From positions 112,485,443 to 112,549,442 of the forward strand of contig NC_068985.1 in NCBI RefSeq assembly GCF_001194135.2: DNA of 64,000 nucleotides. The letters run 5' to 3'. Position 1 is the first letter of the stretch. Each line of letters opens with the position of its first letter. The position numbers and the translations under genes are program-made. Source of the DNA: Octopus bimaculoides. Its lineage: Eukaryota. Below the pieces are notes generated by a model. That model was not told the DNA's origin, searched no databases, and saw only the letters and a list, made by a program, of their open reading frames with translations. Below are positions 52,391-64,000 of this stretch, piece by piece.

Positions 52391-55062
52391 ATGCTAAACT
52401 GTTATATCTAGCTCAAATATGCTACCCATTTCATGTTCTAACCAGCCAGACCCAGCCCTCATTTACCCTTTACTGTCATAAAATATACAATCACATCAAA
52501 ATTCCGAAGCTGCAAAACAATGTAAGCTTAATCAAAAACAATATGAATGAAAAAGCATTATGGTTTGACAGAACAATCTGAATACTAAAGTATTAAACTG
52601 AGTCAAGTGGGTTATAAAATTTAGCTTTCAAGGTGGTAAATGCTTTATAATGAGCCCAACCTACAATTAGATTATTAAGGTGGTGACAGCTTATGCTCAA
52701 TAAAATAATTATAAGGTAATTAAATTCTCATCTATTTGGCCACACTGTGCTTAAGTGTCTGGATGTATGTGTACATATTGTCATCATCTCTGTTGTTTTA
52801 ATGTCCACTTCCCCACGCTTGGATCTTGCCTCAAAAAAAAAATTTGAATTTTGTTGGAACAGATTTTCTATGGTTGGATGCGCTTCCTGTTGCCAACCCT
52901 GAACTGCTACCAAGTATAATATATATTTCCCCATGATCAGACAATGTTTTTGCAGAAGACTGGGAATGAAGTATCCTGCTTGTATGATGGTGACACTTGT
53001 TTACAACTATCATGTGATGTCAAGGCGAGGAGAACATGCACATGCAAGCACAAAGAGGCTTCTCTTTCACTTTTAGTCAACCAAAACCTTGTGTGACCCA
53101 TATGTTTTCTGCTATAGTGTTGACTTGAGTATATATATATATATATATATATATATNNNNNNNNNNNNNNNNNNNNNNNNNNNNNNNNNNNNNNNNNNNN
53201 NNNNNNNNNNNNNNNNNNNNNNNNNNNNNNNNNNNNNNNNNNNNNNNNNNNNNNNNNNNNNNNNNNNNNNNNNNNNNNNNNNNNNNNNNNNNNNNNNNNN
53301 NNNNNNNNNNNTTTCAGTCATTTGACTGTGGCCATGCTGGGGCACCATCTTTTAGTCGAGCAAATCGACCCCAGGACTTATTCTTTGTAAGCCTAGTACT
53401 TAATCTATCGGTCTCTTTTGCCGAACCGCTAAGTTACAAGGACGTAAACACACCAGCATCGGTTGTCAAGTGATGTTGGGGGGGACAAACATAGACACAC
53501 AAACATATATATATATTACTCTTTTTTACTTTTTTACTTGTTTCAGTCATTTGACTGCGGCCATGCTGGAGCACCGCCTTTAGTAGAGCAAATCGACCCC
53601 AAGACTTATTTTTTGTAAGCATAGTACTTATTCTATCGGTATATATTCATATATACGACGGGCTTCTTTCAGTTTCCGTCTACCAAATCCACTCACAAGG
53701 CTTTGGTCGGCCCGAGGCTATAGTAAAAGACACTTGCCCAAGGTGCCACGCAGTGGGACTGAACCCAGGGCTATGTGGCTAGTAAGCAAGCTGCTTACTA
53801 CACAGCCACTCCTTGCCTATGCTAAAAAAATGCTCCAAACTTTTGTCCACAACTGTATGTATGTTGTAAACAACGTTGAAATAAGGAAATAATTAGATTA
53901 CAATGGGCAGAGAACAAACTCATTGACATGAGAAGGTAGCCCCTCTCCGCCCGCCGGCCGCCTGATGAAAAGTAAAACACAAGGAAGAAACAATGTCACC
54001 CATGCGGAGACAAGCGATGGGGGTTTCAATGCTGTATCTCATCATAAATTGCTGGGTTACACTAGTGAATCCCATCATCACAGCGTCTAGTCTGTTGGGT
54101 TTGTTGATCTTTTCCGGGTCCCAAATTGGTGTTTACACAGATTAAGTATATCACCAAAGAGAGTGCATCTAGTCAAACAATACACAAAAGGGGAAAGGCG
54201 TAAGGACGCACAGACAAACAGTCTCCCTTCTTTCCACTGTTCTACATACACCACCACAACTACCAACACCGTAAAAACTAACAACGGCAAGGACTACGAC
54301 GACCACCACCACTTCAAAGCCATTCCTAACACACCCTACACCATATCGATATAATTAAAATGGTGGTGGAGGTGGTGTGGAGGAAATGTAAGGGTTTTTT
54401 AATAGGCTGGATGGAGCCAGGAGTGACTGCTCTAACAGGACTTTACCAACCATATCATATAAACACTTTGCCCATCACACACACAACGATCTTCCCTCTC
54501 CCTGCTCAAGAGAAGGTTTATAAGAGGGTAGCTGGCTCTTTCAACATCTCTCTTTCTCTCTCTCTCTCCCTCTCTGTATCTAAGTACAGAGAAGGTAGAC
54601 TGGTGAAAGAAAAGGGAGCGGGGATGCAGAGCAGTGAATTAGTCACATCAGTCTAGGTGACTGATTGACTGACCATAATGGAGCCGGATCAACTGACAGA
54701 ACTGACAGACAGTACAGACAACGGTGGGGGTAGTGGTGATGAAGGTGGTTGTGAGTGAGAAACACACACACACACACACATTCATACATACATACAAACA
54801 CACAAACATACGTACATACACATTGGTGACACACAAATACAGTAAGAGAATAATAATGAAATGCTACATTGCAAATGAGCTTCTAAAGAAAGACCGGTGG
54901 TAATGGAGATGGGAGGGGATGCTTGTATTCATACCGCTTTCTCACTTGCAAATATGTACACACACACACACACACATACACACATCTTAAACTGGTTCAA
55001 CTCAAAATATATATAGTCACACACAGGTGTTTACAAATATATGCATTAGCTCGGTGACAATC

Positions 55063-55104
<42 letters not shown>

Positions 55105-55560
55105 CCAGTTTTCAGAGATCAAGTTAACAGACAAAACTACAAACGTATCTCTCACACACATACACACGACGTCTGCTCCACTTCAGACTTTCCAACATGA
55201 CAACGGGAGTGATGGTGGTGGCGGTTATAACGGTTAACGTATATTTAGAGTAAAGTTGTTTACTGGCAGAAATGGTTGTTGCTATTGCTGTTCGGCTCTA
55301 GATCACAACGTAAACATATGACCAAAGGCGTTCCATCTGTGACCATCTCGTCCGGTGTGTGTGTGTCGGTGTTTGTCTTCCACAACCGCTTGACACCCGG
55401 TGTTGGTTTGTTTACGTCCCCGTAACTTAGCGGTTCGGGGAAAAAGAGAACGTTCGAATAAAGTAGCAGGCTTAAAAATAAGTACTGGGGTTAATTCATT
55501 CATTCGACTAAAACTTCAAGACGGTGCCCCAGAATGACCGCAGTCTAATAACTGAAACAA

Positions 55561-55595
<35 letters not shown>

Positions 55596-55942
55596 CTTTT
55601 TTACTTGCTTCAGTCATTTGACTGCGGCCATGCTGGAGCACCGCCTTTAGTCGAGCAAATCGACCCCAGGACTTATTCTTTGTAAGCCTAGTACTTATTC
55701 TATCGGTCTCTTTTGCCAAACCGCTAAGTTACGGGGGCGTAAACACACTGACAAACACAGACACACAAACACATACATATATATATACTACGGGCTTCTT
55801 TCAGTTTCCGTCTACCAAATCCACTCACAAGGCTATAGTAGAAGACGCTTGCCCAAGGTGCCACGCAGTGGGACAGAACTTGGAAGCATGTGGTTCGTAA
55901 GCAAGCTACTTACCACACAGCCACTCTATCTGACTTTTTAAT

Positions 55943-55983
<41 letters not shown>

Positions 55984-56817
55984 AATTCAGAACCATATTC
56001 ATTATCCGTGCGTGTTTCCATCCTTCAAAGACTTTTCTTAGATGAAAGAGTAACAAATATGAAGAGATATAGCTGCTGTTTCTAGCAGATGGGACGATCA
56101 CATTNNNNNNNNNNNNNNNNNNNNNNNNNNNNNNNNNNNNNNNNNNNNNNNNNNNNNNNNNNNNNNNNNNNNNNNNNNNNNNNNNNNNNNNNNNNNNNNN
56201 NNNNNNNNNNNNNNNNNNNNNNNNNNNNNNNNNNNNNNNNNNNNNNNNNNNNNNNNNNNNNNNNNNNNNNNNNNNNNNNNNNNNNNNNNNNNNNNNNNNN
56301 NNNNNNNNNNNNNNNNNNNNNNNNNNNNNNNNNNNNNNNNNNNNNNNNNNNNNNNNNNNNNNNNNNNNNNNNNNNNNNNNNNNNNNNNNNNNNNNNNNNN
56401 NNNNNNNNNNNNNNNNNNNNNNNNNNNNNNNNNNNNNNNNNNNNNNNNNNNNGGGGGGGGGGGGTGAGAGTTTGAAGGGTAACTGAGAAGTTCAGAGAGG
56501 ATGACAGGAGGGGTGAGGGTAGCTGGTAGTAATATACAGAAAAAGTGTGTGGGATACGTCTATCTAGTTACAGCTGCACCCTTTTGTTTTCCTACGGTAA
56601 ATATGAGGTAGGGAATGACAAATAACTTCGAAGACACTTCGACCACCACCCTGCTACATATTAATGTTGCCGGGTAGGAGGTAAGGTTGGAGTGTTAGTC
56701 TCGGGTATTAAAACAAGAGACCGAGGACAAAAAGGTATGTTGTAGCGGTAATAGTGGTATTGACAGTGGTGGTGGTGGTGGCCGCAGTTGCTGTCTAGTC
56801 TCAGGTCAGTCTAGATC

Positions 56818-57030
56818 TGTCGTGGGTAACCTGCGGCCCGCGGGACTTCCTGAATGGCACGGCTAACGGAAAATTAACCATTGATCTTTTTTTAGTAGTG
56901 CTGTCCACCTGAAGATGAGCCATGCCTCTCATGTGGCCCGCGGGACTTTCTGAAAAGCACGCTTGACTAAAAATTAACCTTTTAGTTTTTTTTAATAATG
57001 CAGCTCACCTGGTAATGAGCCATGTCGGGA
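56818..57030 (+). mobile_element. hAT/Charlie-like MITE remnant with two ~105-bp tandem units; relative at 60262-60385
   Basis: aacctgcggcccgcggg is a Charlie-type subterminal motif. Each unit is gcccgcgggact...aaaattaacc...cacctg...atgagccatg. Confidence 0.55.
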
Positions 57031-57926
57031 AAGACTTCCTCCCGTTCCCCCCACCCCTATTTTCTCGCAAATTATTATTTTATTATTATTATTTAAAAAA
57101 TTTTTTTTTTTTGCCAAAAGCCCGCGTTTTCGGATACGGAGATTCCGGAAAATTGCCAAATATCGGAATTTTGAAATCCCCCCCCTCCCACTAATTTCTT
57201 CATTTTCACTTTTTCCGTAACCATAACCCTAAAACCCCAACCGTAACCCTAAGCAGAAAAATTTTGGGAAATTTTTTTCAGAATCATAATCTCCGTATTT
57301 TTCCGCATATTTTNNNNNNNNNNNNNNNNNNNNNNNNNNNNNNNNNNNNNNNNNNNNNNNNNNNNNNNNNNNNNNNNNNNNNNNNNNNNNNNNNNNNNNN
57401 NNNNNNNNNNNNNNNNNNNNNNNNNNNNNNNNNNNNNNNNNNNNNNNNNNNNNNNNNNNNNNNNNNNNNNNNNNNNNNNNNNNNNNNNNNNNNNNNNNNN
57501 NNNNNNNNNNNNNNNNNNNNNNNNNNNNNNNNNNNNNNNNNNNNNNNNNNNNNNNNNNNNNNNNNNNNNNNNNNNNNNNNNNNNNNNNNNNNNNNNNNNN
57601 NNNNNNNNNNNNNNNNNNNNNNNNNNNNNNNNNNNNNNNNNNNNNNNNNNNNNNNNNNNNNNNNNNNNNNNNNNNNNNNNNNNNNNNNNNNNNNNNNNNN
57701 NNNNNNNNNNNNNNNNNNNNNNNNNNNNNNNNNNNNNNNNNNNNNNNNNNNNNNNNNNNNNNNNNNNNNNNNNNNNNNNNNNNNNNNNNNTTAACGTAAG
57801 ACCAACTAATCCACTCCAAAAAACCTCTGTATTAAGTCTAGTACTTAATCTATCGGTCTCATTTTTGCTTCTATTGGTTTTCAAAAGTTGAAACGGGGAG
57901 GGCAAAACACAACGACACATGGAACA

Positions 57927-57969
<43 letters not shown>

Positions 57970-58976
57970 ATCATCATCATCATCTAGTGTTCATGCTCCA
58001 TGCTGGCACGGTTGGAACGGTTTGATAGGATTGAATGAGCTCAAAGATGGCGTCGTGCATCAATGACCACTCTGGTATGATTTCTACAGTCGGTTTGTTT
58101 TATTAAAAAAAAAAGAAGGTCAAGTGTACTTTCTGCTGGTACCTATCTAGAAATTAGTGAAAGAAGCCCACTAAGAGCTAACCATGATGGTAAAAGTACA
58201 CAAGATATACAGCAATAATATTGGTGTTTCGACTATGAACCTTCTCTAGTCATCCGCCGTTCTAGCAAATCAGCAAAATAAGCACTCAGTCATTCGTATC
58301 GTGAAAGATGTCTGTGTGTTACAGAGCAAACAGCAGCAATAATCCAAATTTACCTAACATTCTTTGATTCTAGTTAGAGCTGAGAAGTTTTAACAGGGGA
58401 AGAGGAAAAGAAAAAGAGGAAAGGAAGGAAGAGACATAAGCAGAAAGAAACGGAGGGAGAAAGGAAGGAAGGAACTTTAAGTACAGTAAGTCTCAAACCA
58501 ACAGTAACGGACGCTATAAACATTTGAGGACATGGAACCATAATTATTATTAGCATAAGTGCCAATAATTTGGTAACTTGGCTGTTTACTTCAAGACCTG
58601 CTTCAGATGTCCTTGCCAAATTTAAGCACTTCAGGTGAAAATAGACAAATTCGGTACAGCATATTTTCGAGAATGGCAATTTAAAAATCTAAGTGTATTA
58701 GGTCAGAAAAGTGTGTGATAGAGTTGGTAGAAGGTTGTTGTTGTTGGTGGTGGTGGTAGTGGTGGTGGTGATGGGTGGGTGGGTGTTTGGAGTTCTTGGA
58801 ATAAAACCAGGTCAGTGTTGGTGCCAATGAAATAGGAAAAAGATACTTGATTGAAAAAGAAATTAAGGATTACAGGTTGTTGATGTTTTGAACTTTTGAA
58901 CATTTAAAAATGTTATTTTTAACTTATAACCGTTCGAGCAGTTTTCAAACTTTTTTTTGCACCACGGACCAAGGGA

Positions 58977-59027
<51 letters not shown>

Positions 59028-60707
59028 CACACACACACATATATATACACACACGCATACACACACACACTCACATAAATATACAAACAAATACACACAC
59101 ACACTTCTTTCAGTTTCCGTCTACCAAATCCACTCACAAGGCTTTCGTCGGCTCGAGGCTATTGTAGAAGACACTTGCCTAAGGTGCTGACAACACATTT
59201 CCAATTATTATTATTACTATTTACTAATATTTACAATTCATTCACTTCTGGAAATTTCTCGTGTGTGTCCTCAAGCCACCAAAAGCAATATGGATATGAG
59301 CATGAGCGTTGCTTATTAAAACCAGCACGTGATCTAACCGAGAAATAACAAAGTGGACAATGGTGGTTTGCGGGATGACTGATGTTCTGTTGGTTTCTTT
59401 TCCTGTTTTCTCGTAGCTGCTTTTGATGCTGTACCCTTTGGGTTTCGAAACTTTGAAGTTGGAAAAAGCATTCTCTTCACAGTCTGCACGGTCTCTCGCA
59501 ACTCATTTCTACAGCTGAGTGAACGGGAGCAACGTGAAATAAAGTGTCTTGCTCAAGAACACAACACAGCCCGGTCTCACTACCTCATGGTTGTGAGCCC
59601 GATGTTCTAACCAATAAAGCCATGTACCTTCACCCACCAAGTGTGTGTATACACACATATAAACAGATGTATACTTCAAATTATGACGATAATTCCAAGA
59701 CGTGCGATTTAGAAAAACCACGTAACACGAAAAAAACTCTTTAAACGTTTATTATGTTTTAACAAATGATTTGTACATATTTTCATATCTATTTTGATTT
59801 TCCATTTCCTCATTGGTTTTTAGGTATCTTTAAAACTCTCATGCTTTTAACTATGCTCGCTGAGACAGACGTAAATCATCCTAAGTTGAGCTTTATTTTT
59901 TCCCCATTAATTTCGTCAAAAAGAGGGAATTGACAAAAGTCATAAAGTCGAAAAAGACGTAACTCGAGACAGCGTAAGCGGATATAAATCCTGTGTGTAT
60001 GAATGTGACACACACACACGCGCCTGATATGCTATTGTAATCCAAATACTGAATAATGGTTTTGTCTTGAAGGAAAGTTGAACGCTTCGGGTGCTTATAT
60101 AGAATTCTCGACTTCCTCACAGAATTAAATTTATTCCAATTTCAGTTTATTTACTTATATTAATTTTTCGCCGACCACTGGACAAAGTACTACTACACTC
60201 AAATTCTACATTTTCTTTTCTTGAAATATGTGCACAATTTTAATATATGCAACAAAACCAGTCATGGGCAAATGCTGCCTGCGGGATTTTTTGAATGGCA
60301 TGCCTTACGAAAACTTACTTTCCGCCTGAAGATGATTCATGTCTCATGAGGCCTGCTTCTCGTAAAAACTTGTCCATGCGTTGCAGTAGATAGATATGCA
60401 ATTTGATGTCCGTTACAGAAGTATGTGTGATAGATGTAGCCATACATCAGAGAGAGAGAGAGAGAGTGTGTGTGTGTGTGTGAAACTACTCTGAAAATAT
60501 CCAATAGTTTTTTTTATTGTTTTGTTTTTATACACACGCACAGAAAAGAAGTAGACTGTTAAGGAAGAGACATATTTCAGCTTATAGTCAGTCAGGTTTT
60601 TTTTATGAGAGAGAGAGAGAGAGCTTTTGAAAGAGACCAAGAAAAACCTGCTTTGGACATAGGCTTGGCAATGAAAAGTTGCACAGAGCCGTGAGTACAT
60701 CACGCAG

Positions 60708-60747
<40 letters not shown>

Positions 60748-61799
60748 GTCTGTGTGTGTGTGTGTATGTATACGTATGTGTGTGCTATTAAGACGGCGAA
60801 GTTAAAGTGGCGGGAAGCTGTCGAATGGCGGGCGGGAGGAGAAGGAGAGAAAACAATGAAGTGTTGGTATTTAGATGGCGAGTTCATGTAGGAACAGCTC
60901 TATTGATTTATCGATCTAACTCTTCTCCCCCTCTTTCATTCAATCATTTACTTAACTGATGACGACAAGTTGTTAAAATGGAGAGAACGACCCAAGGTTT
61001 CCGTGTGTATGCCCCCACGACCACCACTACCTTCATGCAGACGACCAGAGGAGATAATTAAACTGGCTTCTTTCTGTTATTTTATGTATCTCTCTATCCA
61101 CCTCCATAGCTATCTTGTCCACGTATTATTACAGAGACGCATCTATCTATCTATCTATTTCCATTTAATAGCTCACTTTATTTCGTTCTTTTGATAAATG
61201 ATGAATGATTGAAGCAGACGACACCTCTCCACAATGTCTTCATCATTCATATTCCACGATTAAACAAATGAACAAAACCAGTTAAAAATAGGTTTGATGT
61301 AGAGGTGAATAGTGGAACTGACAAATGTCGTTGAGAATTTGGCACAATTAATCCACATATCCAATCTTTGCTGATATGAGTGCATAATCTGTTAGTTTAA
61401 TTTTATCTTTTAACGTTTACTTGTTTCAGTCATTGGACTGTGGCCTAGCTGGGGCATTGCCTTGCAAGGTTTTAGTCGAACGAATCGACCCCCAGTACTG
61501 ATGTTTTTTTAGCCCGGTACTTATTCTTTCGTTCTCTTTGCCGAACCAGTAGGTTACGGGGATGTAAACAATCCAACACCGGTTATCAAACGGTGATAGA
61601 CACGCACGCACATCCATACACACAACAGATTTCTTTCAGTTTCAGTATATCAAATCCACTTACATGGGCTATAGTAACTATCCACCCGAGGCTATATTAG
61701 AAGGCATTTACCCAAGGTGCTACGGAGTGTGACTGAACCATGTGATTGAGAAACAAACTTCCAAACACACAGCTAAGCTTGCCATTTCTTTCAAATCAA

Positions 61800-61845
<46 letters not shown>

Positions 61846-63069
61846 CTTGTTGGTACCAAAACTGACTGTGGGGATATGAAGATCGAAAAGGGAGCGAACA
61901 TATTTCCATGTTTTATAAAATTAAAATGGTTTTAAACTGTCCTGCACAATGATGTAAAAAGTATCTTCATTGGTTTCAAGTTCACTTTTCCATACTCGTA
62001 TTGGTCGAATGGATTTGCTGAGGCAAGATGCCTTGTCCGTTGCCAAACCTCGCCTGTTTCGACATTTGTTTACGACTAACACGCAAGGAGATACAAACAC
62101 GCGCGCGAACGCACATACATACACACATATATGAAGGGCTTCTTTCAGTTTCTGCCTACCAAATCCACTGACAAGATTTTGGTCAGCCTTGGGCTACAAT
62201 AGAAAATATTTGACATTTGCCCAAGACGTCACACAATGGGACATGAACCCGAAACTATGTTGAGAAGCACACTTCTTACTATACAACCACGGCTGCGCCA
62301 GCACCAAAATAGATGTAAAATCTATTAGTTTTCTCATTAATAAAAGAAAAGGTGGAGACTATTTGCTAGTTCGAAAACTGCTGGCCTAAAGGTCTCCTCC
62401 CCATGCCATACACACAGAGTTTGTCAGCGTAGTGAAACGGGCGCAACGCCGCTTACGATAAACAATAGCTTAAGAACATCGAGTGTTTTACGGGCGTGTG
62501 GCACAGTAGCTAGGCCACAATAAGAACGCAAGCCAGTCTGACACAAGACAAATAACAGTTGTGGAGGTGGCTAAAGAGGATTTAATAGGGAACTTTCAAA
62601 AAAGACAAATGGATCATAAGCTATTGTTGAAGACTGCCGCATGCCTTTTGAGGCGGTACAGAACTACTCATAGGCGTTTATTTCTTGTAGAAATGGAAGA
62701 CGGTTGAGTAAGTGGTAAACAGCGTCTTTACCAAGAGGAACTGGTAGGTTACTGGAACCATCCAAGGATAGAACTCTGTGTAGAAGACCAATGGACCCTA
62801 ATCTTTTTCTTTTTGCATTACGGACAGGTTTTATGCAAAACAAAGTGCATACTATATGATTTAATTGTTAAGAGGAAGGTGGGGCTGAAAAGTTCTTGGC
62901 TTGGGTAAAAGAAAACACAGGAGGATCAGTTAATTATGATTTTATTCAACACTTATTGCAGCAGTCCTTCGGTTTTTTTCTAAGCCCTGTAAAAGAACTC
63001 GGAAGGTTGGACCTCCAACCAGGCCTTTCGTAATACTCTTAAAACCAGGAACTTTTCAGCATCCTTTTG

Positions 63070-63105
<36 letters not shown>

Positions 63106-63363
63106 GGTGCAGGCATGGTTATGCGGTAAGAAATTTGTTTCGTAATCACAAGGTTCCGGGTTCAGTCTCACTGTGTGGAACCTTGAGCAAGTGTCTTCAA
63201 CTATTGCCTTGGGTCGACCAAAGCCTTGAGAGTTGATTTGGCAGACGAAAACTGAAAGAAGCCCGTCGTATACACACACACACACACACACACGAGTGAG
63301 CACATAAATGCAAAAGAAGGTGGAAAAAATTGTACTCTCGAATGCCGGAGGTAGAGTAATACG

Positions 63364-63520
63364 CTTTTTATTATTTATTAAAGCTGCAGAACATCACAAA
63401 AAAGAACTGCTACTCAGTTTCACGTTCCCGTTCGTCGGACAGTTGTGTGCTCAACGAACGGGAACGTGAAACTCTGAGTAACAGTCTTTTGTGATGTTCT
63501 TGCAGCTTTAATAATAAAAG
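63364..63520. repeat. Long near-perfect palindrome (about 70-bp arms, 18-nt loop)
   Basis: Perfect 20-bp core agtttcacgttcccgttcgt / acgaacgggaacgtgaaact, extended by gctgcagaacatcacaaaa / ttttgtgatgttcttgcagc. Confidence 0.9.
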
Positions 63521-63907
63521 AATTTATATGTGTGTATGTTCCACCACTGCTTGACAACCGGTGTTCGTGCCTTGCAGTGGAGTAGAGTTTCATCCAACTT
63601 TTCTGAAATTACCTGATGACATTCCCATTGTTCTCAATACAAAGCTCAGAAATAGTGACAAGATAACATGAGGAACCAAACAACGAAGGTGNNNNNNNNN
63701 NNNNNNNNNNNNNNNNNNNNNNNNNNNNNNNNNNNNNNNNNNNNNNNNNNNNNNNNNNNNNNNNNNNNNNNNNNNNNNNNNNNNNNAAAAAAAAAAAAAA
63801 AAAAAAAAAGATCCCTCAGCAGGTTGCGTGCAACTAATGCAGGCCATGTGGAAGTTTTCTGATGTTTTTAATAAAACTTTATTTTCCTTAAAAAAAATTT
63901 TTTTTTA

Positions 63908-64000
63908 ATGCGCCCTTTTTTAAAGCCTAGCCAGGCTCATGGGCCCGATTTCCCGGTTTCAATGGCGTATGTGTTCCCCAGCTGGACGGGACGCCAGTCC
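63908..64000 (-). mobile_element. Probable 3' end of another SINE, cut by the window edge
   Basis: ccaggctcatgggcccgatttcccggtttcaatggcgtatgtgttccccagctggacgggacgccagtcc resembles the body of a SINE recalled from invertebrate genomes. There is no second copy in the window. Confidence 0.4.

Noticed and set aside
62510-62710. About 64-codon open frame in unique sequence
   Set aside because: No splice signals or recognisable motifs; the length is within chance expectation.

Overview
This is AT-rich, repeat-saturated animal DNA. It has long (TA)n/(CA)n/(GA)n/(TAA)n microsatellites and 16 N-gaps (about 5 kb in total), so it comes from a draft short-read assembly. The repeat families and microsatellite load resemble a cephalopod, probably Octopus; this is pattern recognition, not a database hit. 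No complete gene could be confirmed, and almost every ORF in the track is a microsatellite, gap or SINE artefact. The window is intronic or intergenic. It is tiled by four tRNA-derived or RTE-tailed SINE-like families (my provisional labels A-D), a ~600-bp element (E), MITEs of hAT, Tc1/mariner and piggyBac type (two hATs with clean 8-bp TSDs), Penelope-like ends in (TA)n, and a possible solo LTR. Three retrotransposon protein remnants are readable. One is the 5' end and ORF1 start of a LINE running off the left edge (absent from the ORF track, and joined to a SINE-B head). The others are an R4/Dong-like C-terminus beside a gap and an RTE C-terminus. A low-confidence chain of phase-compatible minus-strand exons may be a host gene ending near 2.84 kb. 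The main leads are the SINE-headed LINE, convergent SINE arrays around a candidate micro-exon, a locally templated insertion with a 21-bp target duplication, and inverted minisatellite arms resembling a foldback element. I found no clear new biological system. Repeat boundaries are read by eye and approximate unless a TSD or TIR is quoted.
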